The notes beneath the pieces were generated by a model. The model saw only the letters and a program-made list of their open reading frames with translations. It ran no database searches and was not told the origin of the DNA. 58,555 nucleotides of DNA from positions 1 to 58,555 of the forward strand of contig JALJEE010003272.1 of NCBI GenBank assembly GCA_023231475.1. Direction: 5' to 3'. This DNA is from Seison nebaliae. Taxonomy: Eukaryota. Shown here one piece after another: positions 1 to 10,261 of the stretch (position 1 is the stretch's first letter; every line of letters starts with the position of its first letter). The translations under genes and the position numbers were made by a program.

Positions 1-183
1 GAGGATTGAACGTGTTCGTGGTCGTCCACGTTTCCTGCCAATACTGTTATCATTTTTCAAATTTATCTCGTCATTCGCCTCTTGAATAATAGTATCAACC
101 ATTGTCTGCGTGAGATTATCAGTTGGCAAACTGAGATCGTCTTCCGCTTCTTCATTAGCTTTATTATTTTTTATAGTTGACAT
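1..183 (-). CDS. 5' fragment of an AT-hook-containing protein; runs off the window edge
   Basis: Open frame from ATG at 183 to base 1: MSTIKNNKANEEAEDDLSLPTDNLTQTMVDTIIQEANDEINLKNDNSIGRKRGRPRTRSIL. RKRGRPR is a canonical AT-hook core. Not in the ORF track. Confidence 0.65.
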   Translation of the reverse strand, partial: MSTIKNNKANEEAEDDLSLPTDNLTQTMVDTIIQEANDEINLKNDNSIGRKRGRPRTRSIL

Positions 184-899
184 GTAAAAAAAAAAATTTT
201 TTTTTTCGAATTTCAAAAAAATCTTATGAATTGACTTATGAATTATTATAATAAATGTTCACTTCAAGAATGAATTTAAGATTGAGAACCGAGAAGACAT
301 ACAAAATGAAAAAGAATATGTGAAGATTTAATTTTTCCGAAATTTCAATTATTTATAGATTTACTTCACAATTTACTTTTGTCAGTAAAGGGCATAATAG
401 AGTTTTATTGAAATAAATCAGATTGTTAATTATCAATTTCCAAATTTTCATTCTTCGAAATTCCATAAGTTTATTTTTATAATCATTAAACGGTTTAAAT
501 GGTATGAACAATGCGCTAAATTTTCTGTTGAAATTAAATAAAAGAATAAATTAATTTTGCACTTTTCAGAAATTTGTCATTATTTAATCTAATAAATTTT
601 TGTTTGGCGCAAAACTCATAAATAATATGAGAAGTATCGTTGAATTTCCAACTTACTGTCTGCTCATGTGGCTGAAACAGCTCTACATTAAAGGAATCGA
701 TGATAACTATTTCGAACCGCCATTAGAATGTCATTATGGGTTGTTAGACGGAATCATTCCAAAAACAATGTGGATGTGTAATTGTCAAATGGTGTTAGGA
801 AAGAAATATGATCAGTTGATATGGGAAATATCTCAAATATTTAATGTACTTTTTTGGTATGTTGTATATAAACTATCATGTAGAATAGGTCGAAGATGG

Positions 900-2393
900 A
901 TGAGGAAGGAGAATGTTAATTCTGATGAAAAAATATTGGAGGATGGAGATCATGATCGTTCAGTTACTCTTCCATTACCAGACAGAAGTGTTAGTTTATC
1001 GGATATCGGAGAAGATGTTCATAGTATAATGACATCATCTTCACTTATCAGTAGCGATTCTGATATTGGAAAAAAATTATCATCGCTCTATTCATCTAAT
1101 TTACAAGACGAGTCCTGTATAATAGAAGCATTAAATTCAGCATCAGAATCTACGGACAAAACTGGAAGTTGTGAATGGATCGAACGGACAGATCATCGAT
1201 CACTTTCCGATATTTCTTTATCCAGTTCCACTACGATGGAAATCTTAATGAATTATGGACAAGTGATACCAGTTGAAATTAATTGGAATTTAACAACATC
1301 ATTTTCAATCGCCAATCAATTTATCGAACGCTGTCATTGTAATTATGTGAAGAACAAGAGGGAAAATGCAGAAATTCATGTTCATGAGAAATGGATCGAT
1401 TTGGGACCCACACCTGATTTATTGGTTAATATTAAACCGATTATTTTAGAAAGAAATTCGTTTGTAGAAGAAAATGGAACTACTTGGAAAAATGAGTTGT
1501 CATCAATTCAACATTTGGATAAATCTGAAGGAGATCAGAAAAACAATTTAGATTTACAATATTTCTGGGAAGGCGATGAGAAACTTTCACAATTATCAGT
1601 AGAAAATTCATTTAAAGATTTCGAGACATCAGATACATATTTTAAACCGTTAACTCCACCATCTATGAAGAATTTGATTGAGGAAGTCAACTATTCTCTA
1701 ACTAGTGATGATCCGTTATTAATCGAATCATATATGAATGGACGGCAAGATAATATTGATGATCCCAGAGGCTTTCTTATCAGACGAGAATATCAAGAAA
1801 ATACATTATCATGTAAAACATCCACAGGTAGTGTGCAGAGTAACAATGATAGTTTTAGTCGATTTTTACGAGATTTGCCGTTATTGGAAGAAGCTCAAAA
1901 ATTTCAACCATTCACCTCGTCTAATTTTACACAAATTAGAGATCGTAAACCGACCACGTTAGATCTATTAACGATTGAATTATTAAAAAAAAATTACGAT
2001 CTGTCATGTAGACTTTGTGGTTGTAAATTAGACCGTTCGATTACTCATTGTGTTATACCTGCTCGTTGTTCTCACATGTTCTGTTTTAATTGTGCACAAG
2101 AAAACTTAAAATTACCGACAACCGAAGTCCATCATGAAATTATGGAGGAGTTGAGCTTAAACGAAAAAAAATTGATATTAGAATATGAAGAATTATTAGA
2201 ATTTCATAGTTATCAATCGATTATTAGTCCGGAAGATATATTAATTCCATGGAATGTCACAACGTACCAAATCCCAGGGACGGAAATGTTATTCGGTTGT
2301 AATTTTGAGACTGATCAACCGAAACCATGTCCAACATGTGGTGTACTATCAGAGAAATATTGGGAAGTAATTCCTCCGCCCATTCAGGAATAA
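900..2393 (+). CDS. C-terminal RING (C3HC4-type) finger protein with a long acidic/Ser-rich N-terminus; putative E3 ligase
   Basis: CRLC-x-CSHMFCFNC-x78-CPTC near the C-terminus. Start is placed at ATG 900 (MRKENV) and is uncertain, because the frame is open from 600. Confidence 0.6.
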   Translation: MRKENVNSDEKILEDGDHDRSVTLPLPDRSVSLSDIGEDVHSIMTSSSLISSDSDIGKKLSSLYSSNLQDESCIIEALNSASESTDKTGSCEWIERTDHRSLSDISLSSSTTMEILMNYGQVIPVEINWNLTTSFSIANQFIERCHCNYVKNKRENAEIHVHEKWIDLGPTPDLLVNIKPIILERNSFVEENGTTWKNELSSIQHLDKSEGDQKNNLDLQYFWEGDEKLSQLSVENSFKDFETSDTYFKPLTPPSMKNLIEEVNYSLTSDDPLLIESYMNGRQDNIDDPRGFLIRREYQENTLSCKTSTGSVQSNNDSFSRFLRDLPLLEEAQKFQPFTSSNFTQIRDRKPTTLDLLTIELLKKNYDLSCRLCGCKLDRSITHCVIPARCSHMFCFNCAQENLKLPTTEVHHEIMEELSLNEKKLILEYEELLEFHSYQSIISPEDILIPWNVTTYQIPGTEMLFGCNFETDQPKPCPTCGVLSEKYWEVIPPPIQE

Positions 2394-3169
2394 GATATGT
2401 TATTTAAACAAATTATAATTCTTTCTTTTCTCCCATATCCCTTTGCTTTGCTTCCTTCCATTTTTTTTGAACTTTCCATTCAAATGGAATCTTCAATTAT
2501 ATTGTAAATATTATTCGGTCCAATTACTTTATTGAAATATGAATATCTACTAACTTCCAGATAATAAGTTGATTTTAGAAATTAAACCAAATTTGTTTTT
2601 AATTTATTTTATTTTTGTTAATTATAAAATCCAAATTTCGCCCGGAGTAAATTAAACTAATTTATTTAAATTTAAAATTGTTTTAAAACTAATTTAACAC
2701 AACAGCAAAACTGTATCATATTCTTACACTAAATTTGATTATCAAAATGTTTTTTCCATTCAAAATGATTATTTGAGAATTTAAAGAATGAGATCATTAT
2801 ATATAATATAATATAATGAACATTATTAATAACGGAATAATTAAATCCGTTCGAATTCAATAACATTTTTTATTATTCGATGAATGATTAAATAAGAATA
2901 TATAAATAGAATAAATAGGAAAATTTTTTATTTTCGATGTATATTAACTAACATATTTTATATAGAATGCTATAACATTTATGTGGAATAGAAAATAAAA
3001 ATAAGAAATCAGAAAGGAGAAGTTTTGGAGAGAAATGTTTTTGAAGCTCGAAAATTAATTAGAAGAGAAAGCGAAAAATAATAAAATGATAATTGAAGGA
3101 AGATATATAAATAAATAATAAAGAAAATTTATTAAAGTCGATTTAGGAAGTTCATTTTATTATATTGCG

Positions 3170-6100
3170 ATGGAGCTTCCTAGAATTCATGAAACAAATA
3201 CTAAACGAATTTGTCAATTATTTGATGAAACTTATCAAGAGACGTTATTCCAAGCGTTATCGACCGATTATCATGATAGATTATATGAAGTTAACATTTC
3301 AGGTTATTTTAATTTCTTTCCAATTTCAATTAAATTCCATCTCTAATCAGATGATGAACCCAAGAAGAATCTTCAAAATTTATGTTTCGACGTTCTAGTC
3401 GAGAGTTATCGTGACCATCTTCCCGATCTCCTTTTACTCTTAAAAAAATATGTAATTGAAATTGAGCAAAGTTATTTGGATGTCCCAGAAATTCTACAGA
3501 ACTCTCAAAATTTTCCAAATTTATATAAAAATTTTCTTTCGACTCAATATCTGACTAAGAAGAAAGTGAAGAAAATGTCATCGAAAATTCCATCGAAAAT
3601 TCTCGTGAAATTATTAATGGTAATTTTTCAGGAAACGAAAATGAATTCATTAAATGAATCCTTTTTTCCTTTCTGGTATTTTCCCACATTGATCCTCAAT
3701 GATTTCATTCGTAAAATGAAAAAATCAGAATTTAATCCTCTCAAAAAAATTTCAATTTGTATCCACAATAAAGAAACATTAATAATGATAACGAAAATCT
3801 TATCGAATTATATTCAAAATTGGAGACAAAATCAAATTCAATATCTCGACATCTCTCCAGCATATCTATCACCTATGACGTTGACTTATCTGGCAAGAAA
3901 GACGGAATTACACAACAACTTCTCCAGTCGAACAATTGCTCTATATCAAGAGAGGAAATTACATTTACAAAAACTCATGTACTTCCGTAATGGATTACAA
4001 TCACTGGTTGGAATCGGTTTGAAGAATTTGCAGAAAAAAATTGACAATTGTCATCTGGAAATTCAAGAATATAAGAATAAAATCGGAAATGTTATCGATC
4101 CCAGAAAGATCGATGAAAATGATTTCTCACTTTATTCGAATGATGATAATGAAATTTTTAAGAATAACAATAATAATTTCACAGATAAAACAGAAAGAAA
4201 AGATGGTGAGAATGTAATAGGAAAAATTCAAGTTGAACGTGAAGGTTATTTACCAGAAAATATCGAAATTGGAAAAAGTGAAAGAAATTTACAATCTCCA
4301 ACTGAAAACAATGAAAACTTAGAATCGTCAATTGAAAATAATGGAAATTTACTATCGTCAATTGAAATTGATGAAAATTTACCATCAACAATTGAAACTG
4401 ATGGAAATTTACCATCAACAATTGAAAATGATGGAAATTTACCATCAACAATTGAGAATAATGGTAACTTACCATCAATAAGTGAAAATCGTGAAAACTT
4501 AGAATGGTCAGTCGAAAATAATGGAAATTTATCATCAACAATTCAAAATATCGGAAATTTATCGTCAACAATTGAAAATAATGGAAATTTATCAGAAAAA
4601 CTGAAAGTTGGAGACGGTGAAATTTCGTTGAAAAAGAATGATGTGAATAAGATTATGACAAAGAATCCAGTCGCACAAATTGATGAAATGTTAGATGAAA
4701 CGGTAAATTTTAGAGATGATAAATTAGTAGAATATTTATTGGCATCAGTACATTATTTGAAGACATGTATTATTCTCTCATTAAAGATAACGTCGAAAGA
4801 CCAATTGGAAGATTTGAAGACGTTATTAAATAATCAGAATCGATCGAATATTAATTTTATAATAAAACAATTGAGTATAACGAATTGTAGTTATGATGAA
4901 TTATACGAAGTATTTCGATTAATGAAACATGTGAATAAGTTTATGGAATCGTTGTCAATTCATTGTTGTGTGACATCAACCGTTTTTCCGATATTAACAT
5001 TATTCTTATTGGATTCCTTTTATTTACCTATAACTCATAAATGGTCGACGAAAGTATTTCCCAATTCAACAACATTTAAAAATTTGACATCTCTCAATCT
5101 ATCGAGATGTAATCTTAATTTCAATACAGAAACTAATCGATCGATAATGAAAGAAGTAATGAAGGAATTGAAGAGATTAAGATGTTTAGATCTCTCAGAA
5201 AATAGAATTGATGGATCGCTTGTATACATTTTACCACGACCGTTCCGTGTGGATGGAAAGAAAACGAACGATCATATCAAAGTGTTAATATTGAGGAAAT
5301 GTGAATTGAATAGGAATGATATTTATGGAATTGGTGCGACATTCGAACCGAATATAAATTTTGAATATTTTTCAAAATGTGTAACAAATCTTCCAATATC
5401 GGCGACGAGCTGCACAAACGGAATTAATACCGGATTGGAATATTTGGATTTGAGTGAGAATAATTTGAGCAAATATCAGGAAATGATGAGTAAAGATTTA
5501 TTGCCGAAATTAATTAAACGTACATCAGATTTAACGACGTCAATTACTGATTTTTGTACTTTGACATTCCTCAAAGAATATGACAAATCCACGTCGACCT
5601 TCAGTGATTATTTGAGGAAGAAAGATAATTTGACAGCGGAAGACAATAACACAATTTATGAATCGGTGATGAAAATTCAAAAAAAGATTCCTGCAATCGG
5701 ATTAAGAAGTCTGATTTTGGACAACGTCTCATTTACGGACGATCAATTTCTCAGTTTTCATTTATCACTTCTCAGGAATTGTAATTCGGCATTAACTTTT
5801 CTGAGTTGTCTCGGTGATTTTGAGGTGGCGAGAAATATGGCGGTTGGATGGATTTATAATAACATTTTCCAGAGAGGTTTCCGTATCAACAATAATTTAT
5901 TTCTACGATTGGCAATTCCACGATTGGGATTATCCGATCTCGTTTTTCTCGATCGATATGCAGTTCGCCCTCCATTCCGATTGAATCAACGACATGTCGT
6001 TCGAAATATCGAAGTTCGCAATCATAACCCAGACAACAACAACGACCACCAAATTATTAATGATGATAATGGTAACAATGAATTGAGGAATGAGGAAATC

Positions 6101-6805
6101 AATAATCATTTGATAAACGATGGAAATGACGTGGCAAATGACATTAGAGATGATGGTCAACTTCCTCAGAACGACAATATCGCTGGTGATGGTAACATGA
6201 TAATTAATGAAGAAATTATCATGGACAATGAAGGAAATGATGATTTAAATGATAATTTGAGAAATCACATAAATGACGGTGGGGAAGACGATATCATGGA
6301 GTTCGATGATGATGTTATTCTAGACAATCAAAATGTTGAACCAAACGGTAATGACATCATCAATTATCAGGATGATATCCGACATGATTTTATGGAAGAT
6401 AACGGTAATAACATCATCAATCATCAGGATGATATCCGACATGATTTTATGGAAGAAAACGATAATGATATTATTAACCATCAGGATGATATCGAACATG
6501 ATAATATGGAAGAAAACGATAATGATATCGAACCTGATGATAATTTAAATAACCGTGATATTGTTGTGGAAGATGAAATCAACAATAACATCAATAACGA
6601 AAATGTTAACGAAAATGATAATGGAAATGATAATGGAAATGATAATGAAAATATATCAGCATCATCAGAAAGACAGCATCCTGCCAAAGTGTTCAGTGTT
6701 GAAGAAATATTGACGATCGTTGCCATGCAATTTCCACAATATGTCCGGTTAATTTTCGATGAGAATGAAAAGAAAGAAATAAAAAAAACGTCGAAAGAGA
6801 TCTGA
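3170..6805 (+). CDS. Leucine-rich-repeat protein, PRAME/LRRC14-like, ~1195 aa; exons 3170-3302 and 3351-6805
   Basis: Removing a 48-nt GTT..CAG intron (3303-3350, contains an in-frame stop) joins ATG 3170 to the 3476-6805 ORF. LRR motifs: LTSLNLSRCNL, LRCLDLSENRI, LEYLDLSENNL, LRSLILDNV. N-terminal PKKNLQNLCFDVL is BC-box-like, and IPSKILVKLLMVIF...FWYFPTLIL resembles PRAME LPRELFPPLFMAAF...AWPFTCLPL. Confidence 0.65.
4301..4600 (+). repeat. Coding minisatellite, about ten 30-bp units (10-aa consensus IENNGNLPST)
   Basis: attgaaaa(t)aatggaaatttaccatcaaca-like units recur with 30-nt period inside the LRR gene. Confidence 0.9.
6344..6530 (+). repeat. Coding minisatellite, about three 60-bp units (20-aa NDIINHQDDIRHDFMEENDN-like)
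   Basis: atcaggatgatatc(c/g)..catgat recurs with 60-nt period in the Asn/Asp-rich tail of the LRR gene. Confidence 0.85.
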
Positions 6806-6806
6806 T

Positions 6807-7652
6807 TTAATTTGGAAATAATTTTTTCAAATTCTCCTCAAATGTCCACAACAAAAATAATCGTTCTTTTATTTCAACACTTTCTTTCTTCATCAACCGA
6901 TCAATTTGTTCGTTTAATAACCATTTCAATTCATCGACGAACATTAAATTATTTGATCGATATAACTCCTCCAATAATCCATCCCATTTTTTAACGATTT
7001 TTCCTTCATCTTTTTCCTTATAAAATTCGCTCATATAAAAACGTAACAAATCGAACGCCGTTTCATGCACATGAACTTTATATTGCTTATTCGTCTTCAT
7101 CCGAATGAATAGTTCCTTTTCTAATAAAGAATTTTCACATTTCTCTTCTTCTTCGTTCTCTTCCACATTTTTTTCAATTTCTTGTTGTCGAATTTTCAAT
7201 TGACGACGTTTCCAATAGTTGATGATGAGATAATTCAAAGCTTCATAACAAGCGTCTTTACATTGGATGAATGAAGGTAAAGAAGATGAATGTGTCACAT
7301 CATGACGTAAATTTGTGAAATATTTCGGTAGATTCAATTTGACGATCGAAGTTCTGATACTCGGTCGATTTCTTTCTAGTTGTAATGGCTCCACCATAAT
7401 ATTGACAAATTTCGAAATAGACAAAGCATATGATGCATGTGCGCCGATATTATGAATTTGTGAATCAGATTCGTCTTTTGATGACGGATCATTTAAAATG
7501 GACGATAATAAAACGATGGTGGCGAGTATGGACGTATCTAAATTTTCATCAATTCCTTCCAATTCCTTCAGTTGATAATAAGCTCTCCAATAATCATCTC
7601 GATCACCTTTCAATAAATTTGTACAAATATTTTCTAATTTATCATCAAACAT
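6807..7652 (-). CDS. LAS1: LAS1-like rRNA-processing (HEPN) endonuclease, short form
   Basis: YALSISKFVNIMVE...KLNLPKYFTNLRHDVTHSSSLPS...ALNYLIINYW matches the Las1 domain, with its RHxxTH motif intact. Likely ATG at 7652. Confidence 0.85.
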   Translation of the reverse strand: MFDDKLENICTNLLKGDRDDYWRAYYQLKELEGIDENLDTSILATIVLLSSILNDPSSKDESDSQIHNIGAHASYALSISKFVNIMVEPLQLERNRPSIRTSIVKLNLPKYFTNLRHDVTHSSSLPSFIQCKDACYEALNYLIINYWKRRQLKIRQQEIEKNVEENEEEEKCENSLLEKELFIRMKTNKQYKVHVHETAFDLLRFYMSEFYKEKDEGKIVKKWDGLLEELYRSNNLMFVDELKWLLNEQIDRLMKKESVEIKERLFLLWTFEENLKKLFPN

Positions 7653-7796
7653 TCCAATAGACCGATAAAATATATTGTCTAACAATTTGTAAAAATTGAG
7701 AAATAAAAAATTGATTTCTATGGAAAAAAAAAGATTCACTGAATTTTCAATTTATTAATCGAATTTTATCGATAAATTATATAGGAAAAAATATTT

Positions 7797-9703
7797 TTAA
7801 TGTGCTGCTCGTTTTCTGATACTTTTCTAATAAAATGAGAATAAATTGAGGAAAAATTTCGAAATAATTTAAAAGAAACTTTTCGGCTGATTTCACTTCG
7901 ATTATCCATATCGGTATCATCCGGTTGATGTGTATCATTATTGGAGAAACGGGAAACGCTACTGTTAGTACTGGTAAGTCGAGTTCGAATTCCAGAGCAG
8001 ATAGAATTAGTTCCCGAGAGTCCGATACCGTCATTAGGCAAAGATGGTTTCGGTAACGGTTTTGCAGTGAGTGTTAAACTTTCTAATTTTGATGAAGAAT
8101 TCATGAAGAAATTGAAAATTTTCGAAATATTTCTCGAAAGTGCGTCATTATCATTCAACAGATTCTTTGATTGACAAACATTTCTCATTTCCTTTATATC
8201 TTTCTTCAACGCGTCAACAATTAACTTGAGATCATTCATGAGATTGATATCCGATCTCAATGTGTTGTATCGAATACATATGTCTTCATTCCACATACTT
8301 GGTTGGAATGTGGTTGATGTGAGAGAAGTCATTGATGATGGTTGAACAATCATTCGATGAAGATTCGACATGACTTGGTCGAGTGAACGATTCCGTTTAT
8401 TCGATAATGAACTACTGACAATTTTACATCGTAACGATCTAAATGTGACTTCATGAGTCAATTCAACAATTTTGATTGGTGGTGTTTTAATCATGAGTTG
8501 GAAGAGATTAGCAGACATGTCATTCGATTTCGTTTTCTTCTCAATATAATTCGATATATCCACCGCTCTCTGAAGTAGACTAGAACAATCGGGATTCGAA
8601 CTCAAATATGAAGTGGAGAATAAAGAAGATAATATAGATAATAATGATGGTAATTGAACAGTTAATTCATTGGAATGTTCATTTTTTTGTTTCTTCTCCA
8701 TTATTAAACCGGTGGTTGGAATGATGTTGGAATTGAGTGAATTGGCATCGCGTAATTTATGTTCGACAACTCGTGCCTTCTCATCTTGTTTCTTTCGCTG
8801 ATTATTTATGAGAGCGAGATTCTGTATAATCTCTTCTTCTTCTTTCACTTCCTTCATCGTTCTGGTAGAGAGAAGATGTAATTGTTCACGTCGTTTTCTT
8901 TCATGATTTCCATCAAATCGATAATTCCTAAATAAATGAGACACATCAATTATATTGGGATGTTCATTCAATTTATCACTTCGTCTTAATGGATCGCTTT
9001 TCACTTTATTCCGAATATTCTTTATCGCCAAATCGATATTATTCGAACTGGATTCATAAAATTTCGCATAGAATGACATAAAAGAATAAAACATTTCTTT
9101 AATCTCGATAATATCCTTCTTCCCATAATCTCTCTCATTCCAACGATCTGTCACTACTAGAAATTTAAAATCAAAATCGTACACCAATTCAATCAAATAT
9201 TTCAATTGATTGAATGAAACATTTCCAAATTTCCCATTCAATTTAATCCAATGGTCCACGATCTTCTCCGTTATTTCTGGTACTTTCCCTTTCACGTTAC
9301 ATCGTACAAACGGATATATTCTCTTCTCAATCTCTTTCGACTCCTCATTATTTTGTCGATGCCAATGAAATAATTTCAAGTTATCGGAACGAGCTTGATT
9401 AACGAATGGTTCCCATTTCCATTCAACCTTCGCCTGTGAATTCCCATCGTTCAATCGACGAACTTTTGTATAATATGACGCATTATTTCTCATTAACTTC
9501 TTCATTGGATTTATCGAGAAATAATCAAGAGATCCATTATCATAATCCGCTTTCTCCTCATCTTTCAACAACGCCCATATCTCCTTTGGAATATGTTTCG
9601 GTTTCTTTATTCGATTCGACGTTCTTCCTTTCGTCGATTGCGTTCGATCAGTAGTTGATGAAGAGATTGATAAAATATCTTTCACATCTGAAGTCGATGC
9701 CAT
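7797..9703 (-). CDS. DMAP1: DNA methyltransferase 1-associated protein 1 (Swc4/Eaf2 homolog), ~617 aa; intron 7827-7879
   Basis: Motifs SDVKDIL, KKPKHIPKEIWALL, WKWEPFVNQARSDNLKLFHW, YPFVRCN, SANT-like FDFKFLVVTDRW and FDGNHERKRREQL. Removing a 53-nt GTT..TAG intron gives the basic C-terminus SRKKSIRKRAAH*. Confidence 0.93.
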
Positions 9704-9757
9704 TTTCTATTTGAATTAAGTATAAATTTTAGATGAGAACCGTTAAATTTTTTCATT

Positions 9758-9763
9758 AAAAAA
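9758..9763 (-). terminator. Pol III terminator (T6)
   Basis: TTTTTT on the minus strand directly after the U6atac 3' hairpin. Confidence 0.75.
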
Positions 9764-9851
9764 TTGTGTTCCCAATGCTGTGCGGGCATCGGGAGAAGGA
9801 AGTCCGTCCTTGTCAAGGGGGCTGCTAACTATCTCTCCTTCCTTCGAATTC
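9758..9851 (-). ncRNA. RNU6ATAC: U6atac minor-spliceosomal snRNA (compact, ~90-95 nt)
   Basis: The minus strand reads AAGGAGAGATAGTTAGCAGCCCCCTTGACAAGGACGGA, against the human U6atac core (from memory) AAGGAGAGAAGGTTAGCACTCCCCTTGACAAGGATGGA. It is followed by a CCCGATGC/GCATTGGG hairpin and a T6 run. It is a GC-rich island in AT-rich DNA. The exact 5' end is inferred from TATA spacing. Confidence 0.92.
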
Positions 9852-9875
9852 TTAAATTCGATTCAATAAACTTAC

Positions 9876-9883
9876 TTATATAA
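9876..9883 (-). promoter_or_regulatory. TATA box of a type-3 (U6-like) Pol III promoter
   Basis: TTATATAA lies about 30 nt upstream of the inferred U6atac start G (9851). Confidence 0.65.
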
Positions 9884-10261
9884 GACTTCCTAACGAACAT
9901 ACAAAATTAACGAATTACAATAAATGCAATAACGGAAATGTGTGACTTATTAATGCGATATTGAAAAGATCCGCCCTATTCCTTCCTCCTAATTTTTTTT
10001 TTGCGCTTCCGAAAAAAATTTTGTGAAATTAAAATGAACAAAATATTTGGAATTTCAAAAAATTATGAGCCAAAAATTTTAAAATATAAATTTGAAATTT
10101 GAATTTTATTAATTTTATCCAATCTTATTAATCTTTTTTTGAATATTTATTATTCGCTTAATTTCTTATAAACATACAAAAGCCAATGTCACATTGAGAG
10201 GTACATATTAAAAAAGTGAAAGAAATTTTTTTGTGTTCATCCTCGTTTTGGTTGGGAAGAA

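Noticed and set aside
600..899. TTG-initiated N-terminal extension of the RING gene (likewise the TTG/GTG starts at 3476, 10529, 16982, 37117)
   Set aside because: These are prokaryote-style start calls. ATG starts or splice acceptors explain them, although an upstream ATG (e.g. 627) cannot be fully excluded for the RING gene.
4179..4571. Antisense and alternate-frame ORFs in the track (e.g. 4179-4571, 10869-11249, 12777-13181, 50729-51298)
   Set aside because: They are shadows of low-complexity or repeat-coding regions of real genes, with no independent motifs.
4301..4600. 30-bp periodic array as a CRISPR-like locus
   Set aside because: The units are contiguous with no unique spacers and are in frame within a eukaryotic CDS; it is a coding minisatellite.
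9111..9119. ATATCCTT as an AT-AC (U12-type) donor
   Set aside because: It is on the non-coding strand inside the DMAP1 CDS, with no associated branch site or intron.
9770..9845. GC-rich hairpin island as a tRNA, SL RNA, U1 or U2
   Set aside because: No cloverleaf or A/B boxes, and no match to U1/U2 cores; the U6atac core explains it far better.
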